From the NCBI GenBank assembly GCA_041946805.1, contig JBHGBC010000189.1, positions 1-10,665 on the forward strand: a stretch of DNA of 10,665 nt. Direction: 5' to 3'. Under the pieces are notes generated by a model. It had not been told where the DNA came from. It did no database searches and worked only from the letters and a program-made list of their open reading frames with translations. This document shows, one piece after another, positions 1 to 10,024 of this stretch. The position numbers and the translations under genes were made by a program. This DNA comes from a bacterium (lineage in GTDB: Bacteria; Hinthialibacterota; Hinthialibacteria; Hinthialibacterales; Hinthialibacteraceae). Positions within the stretch are counted from its first letter, which is position 1, and each line of letters opens with the position of its first letter.

Positions 1-11
1 CCCAAACTAAG

Positions 12-938
12 CTATATTACAATGTGATGTCGGGATACTTTCGTAAGGATCAATATATCAGGCATCAGAATCCGCGGAGTCGCCGTGTTCCAGTCTTCCA
101 CAACGGCCATGGCACCCAAGTAGGATGACCAATCATCCGCAGGCATTTCAAGATCCACGGGTGAATTCATGACATCAATGCAGGTCAGCGACGTTGCGGC
201 GAACAGGTGGTTGTGAAAGGGAATCATGGCATTGATCGAAGGCGCGCAAAGGGATGTCCCCACGAATTCGGGAAACCCAAGAGATAGTGTTCTCTGATCC
301 TCAATGGAAGTCTCCGAAATGTAAAGCACGCGAATCTGATTGAGCCGGTGGGTTCCAATGAGGAAATCCCCTTGAATGAGCATCGGCGCGTAGACACCCT
401 GATTTTCCCTGATTTCCTTCGCGGGTTGCAGAGTACCATCGGTTTTCCTGGCGTAATATTGAATATTTGAGTCATTTATTTGTTGATAGACCCATCCTTC
501 TCCCATTACCAGATAGCCATACCGGAACGGATCATGGATCGGCCCGTTGAAATTGGGGATTGTCTGCACGAGGTGGATATCAGGAAAGTCGCGTAAATCC
601 ATCACGTCCAGCCGGCCATTCGCACTTTCGATATCCTCCCGGTAGATATAGAGAAATTCTCGATACAAACGAACACTCTCCGTCCGGCTGAGGTCCAAGG
701 GAAATAGGTGTTCATCGGGTTTTTGATCCTTATCATACTGCAGCAACGCATAACGCAAACCTTCCATGGATTCCGACTGGTAAGCGATCAACAGATTTTT
801 GGCATCGGATTCACAAAAAGCTATCTTTCCATGAATCTCACCGCGCTTCGATAGAATGTCAGCTCCCCATGAATCTTGCAAAAAGCATGGGAGTAAAACA
901 AAGAGGATGAATGATGTGTAGGGATAGATAAATTTCAT
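12..938 (-). CDS. Secreted LVIVD-repeat-like beta-propeller protein (~308 aa), possibly C-terminally truncated
   Basis: Start re-called to ATG 938 (GGGG 9 nt upstream), which gives a signal peptide MKFIYPYTSFILFVLLPCFLQDSWG and removes the overlap with the upstream gene. LVIVD-like blades: FLYIY...GRLDVMDLRDFPDIHLVQTIP and GAMAVVEDWNTATPRIL. Confidence 0.6.
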   Translation of the reverse strand: MKFIYPYTSFILFVLLPCFLQDSWGADILSKRGEIHGKIAFCESDAKNLLIAYQSESMEGLRYALLQYDKDQKPDEHLFPLDLSRTESVRLYREFLYIYREDIESANGRLDVMDLRDFPDIHLVQTIPNFNGPIHDPFRYGYLVMGEGWVYQQINDSNIQYYARKTDGTLQPAKEIRENQGVYAPMLIQGDFLIGTHRLNQIRVLYISETSIEDQRTLSLGFPEFVGTSLCAPSINAMIPFHNHLFAATSLTCIDVMNSPVDLEMPADDWSSYLGAMAVVEDWNTATPRILMPDILILTKVSRHHIVI

Positions 939-993
939 CTTATTTTTCCCCGTCATTTCAGGTAATTGATATAAAGCGATATCAAAACCACAT

Positions 994-1905
994 TTAAGGA
1001 TAAAGTGTCCATTTACGAATCGCGCTTTTAACGGGAACGGCGATCTCGATGGGTTGGAATTGATAGCCTTCGATCTGTGCAAAATGCAAAGGGGCGGTGG
1101 TTTCAAAGGGTTCAAAGGCCACGGGAGTATTCTCCGCCGGTTCGATCCGGAGTATGAACCGGACATCCAGATTCGGCTTCTCGTGAATCTCTCCATCGGG
1201 CGCGGTAAGAAGGTAGCCTTGTTCGGGGGGATATAAGATCTGGGTTTCCCCGTGATTATTGGTCAATTCCCATTTTCCCGCACCGATGCCGGGACCGCCC
1301 GCCAAACCAAGGGTGATGACCTGGGCTCGTGGCACGGGAAGGCGGTCTTCCCCGGAAACAAGCCGTATGGTCACCATGGAGGGAGCATCCGTCCCGATAA
1401 ACCAGGATCCAGGATGAAGCCCTACATTTTTCACCCGGCTTCCATTGTTATTCTTTATCATTACATCCTGAAGGGTAAAAAGACCGAAACCGTATGTATC
1501 TCTTGCTTTGACCAAATCCAGTTCCAATCGAAATTTCACCAGCTCCTCCTCCATCGATAAATATTGAGAGGAAATCCGGTCGAGTGTCACGTGGACGGTT
1601 GATCCATTTTGATCGATCCGTGCTTGGAAATCCGGATGCAAGACCTCGGTTCCGGTTACCAGAAATGGACTGGTTTCCAGTGTCATTAGGGCGGAAGCCA
1701 CCTCGACGAAACCGGACGCGGACACGACTAAAGGCATGACTTGAAACACGCCTAACGTATTGACATAGGCCCCGACCGGCTGAGTTAGGGAAATTTCCAC
1801 CGCATATGGGGAAGGAATAAAAAATATTAAAATTAGTATTAAATAAATAATTTTATAATTAATAATTTTATTAATAAATATGATTTGGATTATCTGTCTC
1901 ATCAT
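994..1905 (-). CDS. Secreted hypothetical protein (303 aa), probable cohesin-like/Ig-like beta-sandwich domains, C-terminal SAIRKWTLYP motif
   Basis: SD-like GGTGAGG just upstream of ATG. Hydrophobic signal peptide ending PSPYA, then beta-strand-rich sequence. Lies 30 nt downstream of the 843-aa gene. Confidence 0.7.
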   Translation of the reverse strand: MMRQIIQIIFINKIINYKIIYLILILIFFIPSPYAVEISLTQPVGAYVNTLGVFQVMPLVVSASGFVEVASALMTLETSPFLVTGTEVLHPDFQARIDQNGSTVHVTLDRISSQYLSMEEELVKFRLELDLVKARDTYGFGLFTLQDVMIKNNNGSRVKNVGLHPGSWFIGTDAPSMVTIRLVSGEDRLPVPRAQVITLGLAGGPGIGAGKWELTNNHGETQILYPPEQGYLLTAPDGEIHEKPNLDVRFILRIEPAENTPVAFEPFETTAPLHFAQIEGYQFQPIEIAVPVKSAIRKWTLYP

Positions 1906-1935
1906 AACAACCTCACCAGATTCACGGTATTGGTA

Positions 1936-4467
1936 TTATTCCAATTTGGTGGAAGAATTCATCCGTAGTTTTTTTGCGCCATAAGGACAAAAGCGCTTTG
2001 TCAATTGACCGGATTCATTCAATGGCTGTATCATGATACACATAGCATCGGCTGTACCAGCTACTGTTGAATGAGTACTTTCATGATTATGATCGAAGGT
2101 ATGTCCGATTTCATGACCTATTATAAACAACTTTTGGTAATCACCTTGATCAACAGTATTTACATCATATTGGACTTTATCCCAAAAAATATTAAAACGA
2201 TCACCATTTATTTCTGCAATGCCACCAACACCTATAACATCTGGATTACCTGTATAAAGATGGGATACAACCATATGCAACATTTCAAAGTTAGGGTATA
2301 CATTTCTTGATTGGAATTGTATATGATAAGTCTCAAGTGTTTTTGGAGATGATCCTTCATGCAGAAATTCTTGAAAAGTCGTTTTGGATTCTGGTGGGGA
2401 ACTTGCTACTACGGGCCAAATAAAAGTACATCGATTATACATATATGTGTTATCAGAAAAAATCGCTTGTAAACCATATTGTGTCCCATTCAAATAATTG
2501 TCATGAATTATATGACTTCTATTGCCACCCCAATCATTTATACCTATTGGAGTATCTGCCATGGCATCATATTCAATCTTCAATTTTCTCCACACTTCCA
2601 TGGTGGGGGAGTTCACGGCTGAACCGCTCACGCTTGCTTCGACTACATAATTGTTCCCCCCATATTTGTTGTTGGCCGTGAATACCGTCTGCGCCTGGCC
2701 TGAAGCATTGGTCTGCGCTGATGCTACAGATAAACTATAGCTGTCATTGTAATTATCCCCACCCAATGAGCCATTCGGATCAATTGTCAAATTATCGGCT
2801 GGGTCATCAACATCAATAACTCGGAAATTCACGGTGACGCCCGCCACAGGAGGATTGATCGTGGCCGTGACGGTTCTTTGCCTGGGAGCATACAATTTTC
2901 CATCCGATGGATTTATTGTTACATTTTGCACAATCGCATAGGTTATTTCCATTTTCCAACGTAATGCTGTATTGGAATATTCCTTACTATAATAATTGAT
3001 GTATCCGCCTGGAGTGTTCTCGAGCAGAATCAAAAAGCCTTTACCCGTAATGTCCGACATGCCTGATGGATAACGGGCCTTAAAGGGAGCGGTTAAATCA
3101 ATTTCATGCGTGCCCGTCAACCCCGCGGGAATGGTTGTCAAAGCGGAGTTCGTGGTTGTGTAATCTCCGCCCGCCGTGTTCCAGCTTATTCCACAATCCC
3201 GTTCAAACCAATTTACGCACGCTTCCCACCATGTAGAGGTGATGTTGCAGGCTCTAAACTGCGCACTGCTTGTCGTAGTATTTGTGGCAGAATAAATTTT
3301 TAATTTAGCACTGATAATTTCACGGCTGGCTCCCAATGAGGATACATCGCATGTGAAAACTGCCCGGTAAGGCTGTCCTGAATAGAAATATATATTTGGT
3401 GAACTGCCAAATTTTGCAAAACTATTCCCCAACAAATATGAATCCATCGTTGCCACATTGAAGGATCCAAATAATAGGCTAGGGTCTATTACAACGTCTC
3501 CATCGGGAGCTTCGGCGAGACTGCTCAATTGCGCGGACATTTCCGCAATTCCTGATTGACCTTCCTTTAAATACCATGTTTGTTCGGAAAGGATCGATGA
3601 GTCGAGTGAAAGAAGATCGCCTTGATCATCCAATACACAGGTTTCTACAAGGCGCAGCTTATGTATAGTTTTACCGCTTTTCTTGAATTCCAAAGGTTGC
3701 TGGTTCAGGTTTAGTTTCTCCGCATACGGATCAATTTCTTGTACACCTTGGTGGACTTGGCTTGTGATTAAGATACTGGGTATCTCGAAACGTGCGGTCA
3801 GAAAATCATTCTGATCAAGATACCCTGCAACGATATCCGCCCGTAGTTTCCGCATGAATTCCTTTTTAATCAACACATCTACTTTGAGGATATCATGAAT
3901 ATATCGTACGGATATGTCAACATCATCAAAAACGTCACTCCAGCGGATCGTGTCTCCCAACACGCTGATTTGACTAAAATCGGGATGACCCTGCACAAAA
4001 GGTCGATACTGTTTACCCCTTCCTATTCCCAGAGACTGAAAACGGTACGTAAAGGTATCTCCTGCATGATGGGCTTGAAATGTGCCATCTTGTTTCACCT
4101 TCAATTGCCAAATTCCAGTCAGGACCTCATAATCCCAGTCAGGATCATTTGATGAAACAAAATGGGTATTGACTTCGGAGAATCCAACCATATTATTTCG
4201 ATAAAATTTTGGATAAGAGTACAAAACCACATGACCAGGACTTGTTGTTTCGAGATATTCGTGTATTGGACCGATAAGTTCTGATGGATTAGGGTATTCA
4301 ATCCACCCTTCGGGAGGCCATGGCGCAGGGATAAAAGATTCGGCCACTACATGATCACCATCATCGGGTGTTCCACAAAAAAAAGGATTTCCATCCTGAC
4401 CAAACGAAAACAATGAACTAATCATGACGACTGAGCAATACATGAAGAATGAAACAATAGTCCTCAT
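1936..4467 (-). CDS. Large secreted multidomain zinc metallopeptidase: signal peptide, uncharacterised N-terminal domain, DNRLRE (CBM96-like) domain, Big/Ig-like domain, metzincin-like catalytic domain
   Basis: GGAGG SD 6 nt upstream of ATG; signal peptide. VVIDPS linker, then DNRLRE-type motifs (DSYL..., IISAKLKIY, W.E..VNW, WNTAGGDY, YSKEY...MEITY; ~2938-3447). Ig-like AGVTVNF...TNASGQAQTVFT. HEIGHTFDHNH zinc motif at 2083-2115 and CIM Met-turn at 2032-2040. Confidence 0.8.
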   Translation of the reverse strand: MRTIVSFFMYCSVVMISSLFSFGQDGNPFFCGTPDDGDHVVAESFIPAPWPPEGWIEYPNPSELIGPIHEYLETTSPGHVVLYSYPKFYRNNMVGFSEVNTHFVSSNDPDWDYEVLTGIWQLKVKQDGTFQAHHAGDTFTYRFQSLGIGRGKQYRPFVQGHPDFSQISVLGDTIRWSDVFDDVDISVRYIHDILKVDVLIKKEFMRKLRADIVAGYLDQNDFLTARFEIPSILITSQVHQGVQEIDPYAEKLNLNQQPLEFKKSGKTIHKLRLVETCVLDDQGDLLSLDSSILSEQTWYLKEGQSGIAEMSAQLSSLAEAPDGDVVIDPSLLFGSFNVATMDSYLLGNSFAKFGSSPNIYFYSGQPYRAVFTCDVSSLGASREIISAKLKIYSATNTTTSSAQFRACNITSTWWEACVNWFERDCGISWNTAGGDYTTTNSALTTIPAGLTGTHEIDLTAPFKARYPSGMSDITGKGFLILLENTPGGYINYYSKEYSNTALRWKMEITYAIVQNVTINPSDGKLYAPRQRTVTATINPPVAGVTVNFRVIDVDDPADNLTIDPNGSLGGDNYNDSYSLSVASAQTNASGQAQTVFTANNKYGGNNYVVEASVSGSAVNSPTMEVWRKLKIEYDAMADTPIGINDWGGNRSHIIHDNYLNGTQYGLQAIFSDNTYMYNRCTFIWPVVASSPPESKTTFQEFLHEGSSPKTLETYHIQFQSRNVYPNFEMLHMVVSHLYTGNPDVIGVGGIAEINGDRFNIFWDKVQYDVNTVDQGDYQKLFIIGHEIGHTFDHNHESTHSTVAGTADAMCIMIQPLNESGQLTKRFCPYGAKKLRMNSSTKLE

Positions 4468-4512
4468 TTTATTCCTCCATATTCAATTATTTTGCAAACA
4501 CTGTTCACGATA

Positions 4513-4541
4513 ATATTACATCAACATATAACACGTGTCAA
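4513..4541 (-). promoter_or_regulatory. Sigma70-type promoter for the 843-aa peptidase operon
   Basis: Perfect TTGACA (4541-4536), 17-nt spacer, TAATAT (4518-4513), about 45 nt upstream of the ATG at 4467. Confidence 0.6.
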
Positions 4542-4726
4542 CCAAAAAATAAAACTAATTCATACCTAATACACGCACTTGGCTCAAATTGTGGCTAATT
4601 GGGGGGAAAAATTGAATACAGAGTGGGTAATTACTCGGCATCTAAATCCTGCGGGCTCAATATGTTACAGAGAGGGAGGGCAATCTTTGTAATCGGATTT
4701 ATTCGTCTAACATACCGCCTCCCCCC

Positions 4727-7525
<2,799 letters not shown>

Positions 7526-7577
7526 GGCCAATGCTCCTTATCCTCAGATATATTATAGCCTTATTTCGTGTCTTCGA

Positions 7578-7593
7578 TTACTACCGGTTGCGG
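7578..7593. promoter_or_regulatory. Degenerate second NrdR box
   Basis: ttaCTAccggTTGcgg keeps the CwA-n4-TwG core and lies 32 bp from the strong box, matching known tandem NrdR-box spacing. The central AT is replaced. Confidence 0.45.
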
Positions 7594-7601
7594 GGAAGGA
7601 C

Positions 7602-7631
7602 ATCATAATACCCAACATGTTGTGGTGTCAA
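7602..7631 (-). promoter_or_regulatory. Sigma70-type promoter of nrdJ
   Basis: TTGACA (7631-7626), 18-nt spacer, TATGAT (7607-7602). Confidence 0.7.
7610..7625. promoter_or_regulatory. NrdR box
   Basis: acccaacatgttgtgg, with palindromic core CAACATGTTG, fits the NrdR consensus acaCwAtATaTwGtgt. It lies in the -35/-10 spacer of an RNR promoter. Confidence 0.85.
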
Positions 7632-7813
7632 GCGGTTTTTTGGGGTTGGGGTGCCTGCCCGGAAACGGGTTCGACCGAATGGGTTGATTTTGTGGAAGTT
7701 GGGGGGAGAAAAAAGTTTTGGGGGAGATGGCTTGGTGAAGAGGGAAAGGAAAGTTTAGTGGAGAGGGATGGAAAAGTGGAAGAATGTGTACGCGAAATTC
7801 AATCTCGATATTC

Positions 7814-7834
7814 GGACTCTCTGACGAGTCCTAC
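7814..7834 (-). repeat. GTAG-footed hairpin, REP-like element
   Basis: Minus strand reads GTA-GGACTC-gtcaga-GAGTCC: a 6-bp perfect stem with GTAG at its foot, intergenic and just downstream of the 389-aa gene. Single copy in the window. Confidence 0.3.
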
Positions 7835-7869
7835 CCTATGAATGGCTGTCCTTGTTCGGGAAAAAGGGA

Positions 7870-9039
7870 TCACTTCATATCGGGGTAGTATAGGAATGAC
7901 AGATTTGATGCGGGAACCCAGTATAATTTACTTCCATCCGTACTGAGCACAATACCATCCAGGATATCGGTGCCTTTGGGATTTACTTGGTATTTTTTCC
8001 ATTGGCTAGTCCGATCTTTGATAAATACTATTGCATCATATGTGATGTAAGTATCATTACCAGGAATTAGAATTCTGGGTTGTTGAATGGCGATCACCCT
8101 GGCATCATCGGAGACATGGAAAGGAAAATATGAAGATACAGGCGGATTGATATCTCCAACATATTCCGGATCACTCCAATGGCCATTTGACTCGTGGATA
8201 AGAACAAGGGTATTCTTATTGGTTCGCGCCACTATGGTTTTTCCATCATTTGCGATGGCCTCAGGGAATATAAGAATTTTTTCGGATTTTTGATTAATAA
8301 AGTGCTCTGCACCAGGAATAAGTATTTCATCTGACCACCCTTCGGGTGTTTTTGTGATATAGACATATTTGTAATCATCTTCTACATTGCCCTCGGAAGT
8401 GTAATGACAAACATAACAAAAAACTCTTTCTCCGTTCTTGGAAACCATAATTTTGAATAATCCGGAGAAGGGGCCTAATTCTGTTTTGCTATAATTATCG
8501 CTAACATAATTTTTTGAATACAGGTGAAGATATTTATCTGATGCTGTGGTGTACTCTACCTGCAACGCAATTGTGGCGCCATTTCGGCTAATGGATTTTT
8601 CATAGAATTTAGCCGGTGGTCCGGAAATAGAAAAAATATCTTTATTTTTTTCCTGCAAGAAATCATAAAACTGAAAAATAACGTGGAACTCATCAGTCAT
8701 ATTTGAATATATTATCATATTGTTCTCTGTATCAATATGAGGATTTGATATTTCGTGACCAGTCAGTACAGGCAAATCATTAATTTGTTTAAATTGATTT
8801 TTCATTTTGAGTAATTTTGAAGATGACACAATTAAGTCTCCCCTGTCGCTTGCCGAGCTATTGGTCCAGATGGTTTTAATGTTTGATAATTCATTTTTAA
8901 GAATCAGGCCAGCATCTTTATCGATATGCGCAATCTGAGTAAATTCAACATTCTCATTATTTAATATAATTGGTTGAGAGTGTGACATGAGAGAGAAGGC
9001 AAGTAAAGTAATAATTGTACCCACTTTTGCAATATTCAT
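7870..9039 (-). CDS. Secreted TolB/PD40 (WD40-like) beta-propeller protein (389 aa)
   Basis: AAGGAG SD; signal peptide MNIAKVGTIITLLAFSLMSHS. Repeated blade motifs ISRNGATIA, VSKNGERVF, IANDGKTIV, VSDDARVIA, LSTDGSKLYW, plus GWSDE/GHWSDP turns. Confidence 0.75.
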   Translation of the reverse strand: MNIAKVGTIITLLAFSLMSHSQPIILNNENVEFTQIAHIDKDAGLILKNELSNIKTIWTNSSASDRGDLIVSSSKLLKMKNQFKQINDLPVLTGHEISNPHIDTENNMIIYSNMTDEFHVIFQFYDFLQEKNKDIFSISGPPAKFYEKSISRNGATIALQVEYTTASDKYLHLYSKNYVSDNYSKTELGPFSGLFKIMVSKNGERVFCYVCHYTSEGNVEDDYKYVYITKTPEGWSDEILIPGAEHFINQKSEKILIFPEAIANDGKTIVARTNKNTLVLIHESNGHWSDPEYVGDINPPVSSYFPFHVSDDARVIAIQQPRILIPGNDTYITYDAIVFIKDRTSQWKKYQVNPKGTDILDGIVLSTDGSKLYWVPASNLSFLYYPDMK

Positions 9040-9151
9040 TTCAACACTCCTTTTAGAATATATAATATCTTAATTCAAGGTTACAAAAAATGCCCTGGCA
9101 TACACATCTTTTGGACTACTGATGTCATTCGGTTCTGCAAAATTTGCTCGT

Positions 9152-10024
9152 TTACTCATCATGAATTGTTGTTTTTGTTTCAATTTGCTCCCATTTTAAA
9201 ACCGTTGATGGAGGCCGAAGCCATAGGGGTGAAGTTCCTCTTTCCGGAGTAATCCGATACGTTTTGCCATTGCGCAAGGTCACATCGAAGGTAAGTGGGA
9301 ATGTGGAAATCCCAAAAATAGTAGATAGAGAATATTCCGAATACGGCCGGGGAGGATATAAATTCACCCCATGGATGGCGGATAGGTCGATACTCGTAAC
9401 CGTATCCTCGAAACCTTCGGCTTGCACATGAACTGGCCACTCTAGATCAGTGTATATCAATATGGGATCCGCGTAACAATCAACCGGCAGGTTTTGGCCC
9501 TCGGCGTCTTTGACATGGCATTCTAGCCACCGCAGCGGGAATGGATAGTTTTCATGGTTGATCCTGATGTTTTGGATCAAAATCGTATTTCCGGGCCGTC
9601 CCAACGAATATGCGCTCTTGGTAACGGGCCTTGCCGTAATCAAATCGAAATAAGATTCACCGATGGTCTGGTTCATGGTAAAGGAAAAGGTAATACGATC
9701 CATAGACGTTGTGACTGAGACATTCCGTATGCGAGGCGAGTGACTGATTTCAAAAGGGCCGTCACCATAGGGGTGGGACAAGCTTCCTTGGATAAAGGAT
9801 TGCGTTGGAAGATTTTTGGCGTACAGCGTCAACTTCAGATTAGTATAACGCTGCGATTCCGGATACGGCGCGTCATTGATATCCCCTCCATCCACCCACA
9901 AAGCCGGTGATGTTGCTTGAGCGACGTTCACAGAGGATATAAGTAATGCAACAAGACAATTAAAAGAAAAAAAATGAATATAGCGATTTATTTTATATTG
10001 GAATATCAATTTTGAATTTTTCAT
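9152..10024 (-). CDS. Secreted hypothetical protein (290 aa), beta-rich, with near-C-terminal STVLKW motif
   Basis: Signal peptide ending NVAQA (AxA site). ATGA overlap at 10021-10024 with the upstream stop suggests translational coupling. Confidence 0.7.
   Translation of the reverse strand: MKNSKLIFQYKINRYIHFFSFNCLVALLISSVNVAQATSPALWVDGGDINDAPYPESQRYTNLKLTLYAKNLPTQSFIQGSLSHPYGDGPFEISHSPRIRNVSVTTSMDRITFSFTMNQTIGESYFDLITARPVTKSAYSLGRPGNTILIQNIRINHENYPFPLRWLECHVKDAEGQNLPVDCYADPILIYTDLEWPVHVQAEGFEDTVTSIDLSAIHGVNLYPPRPYSEYSLSTIFGISTFPLTFDVTLRNGKTYRITPERGTSPLWLRPPSTVLKWEQIETKTTIHDE

Noticed and set aside
939..1196. 86-aa N-terminal extension of the 394-aa ORF
   Set aside because: It overlaps the 303-aa gene by ~200 nt and would bury the signal peptide. 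ATG 938 is the better start.
1054..4301. Short (60-102 aa) overlapping ORFs within the left cassette genes
   Set aside because: Fully nested in better-supported CDSs and have no motifs.
4377..4384. T8 runs near the 5' ends of secreted genes (also 9967-9974) as phase-variation tracts
   Set aside because: 8-nt A/T runs encoding Phe-Phe are expected in AT-rich leaders. Both frames are intact and there are no read data.
7532..7800. Cobalamin riboswitch upstream of nrdJ
   Set aside because: No B12-box motifs recognised, and the predicted promoter leaves only a ~70-nt leader.
9085..9101. ATGC-cagg-GCAT followed by T5 as an intrinsic terminator
   Set aside because: The 4-bp stem is too weak to call.
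9070..9162. 30-codon minus-strand ORF (MMSKRANFAEP...) overlapping the 290-aa stop
   Set aside because: No SD, very short, no supporting features.
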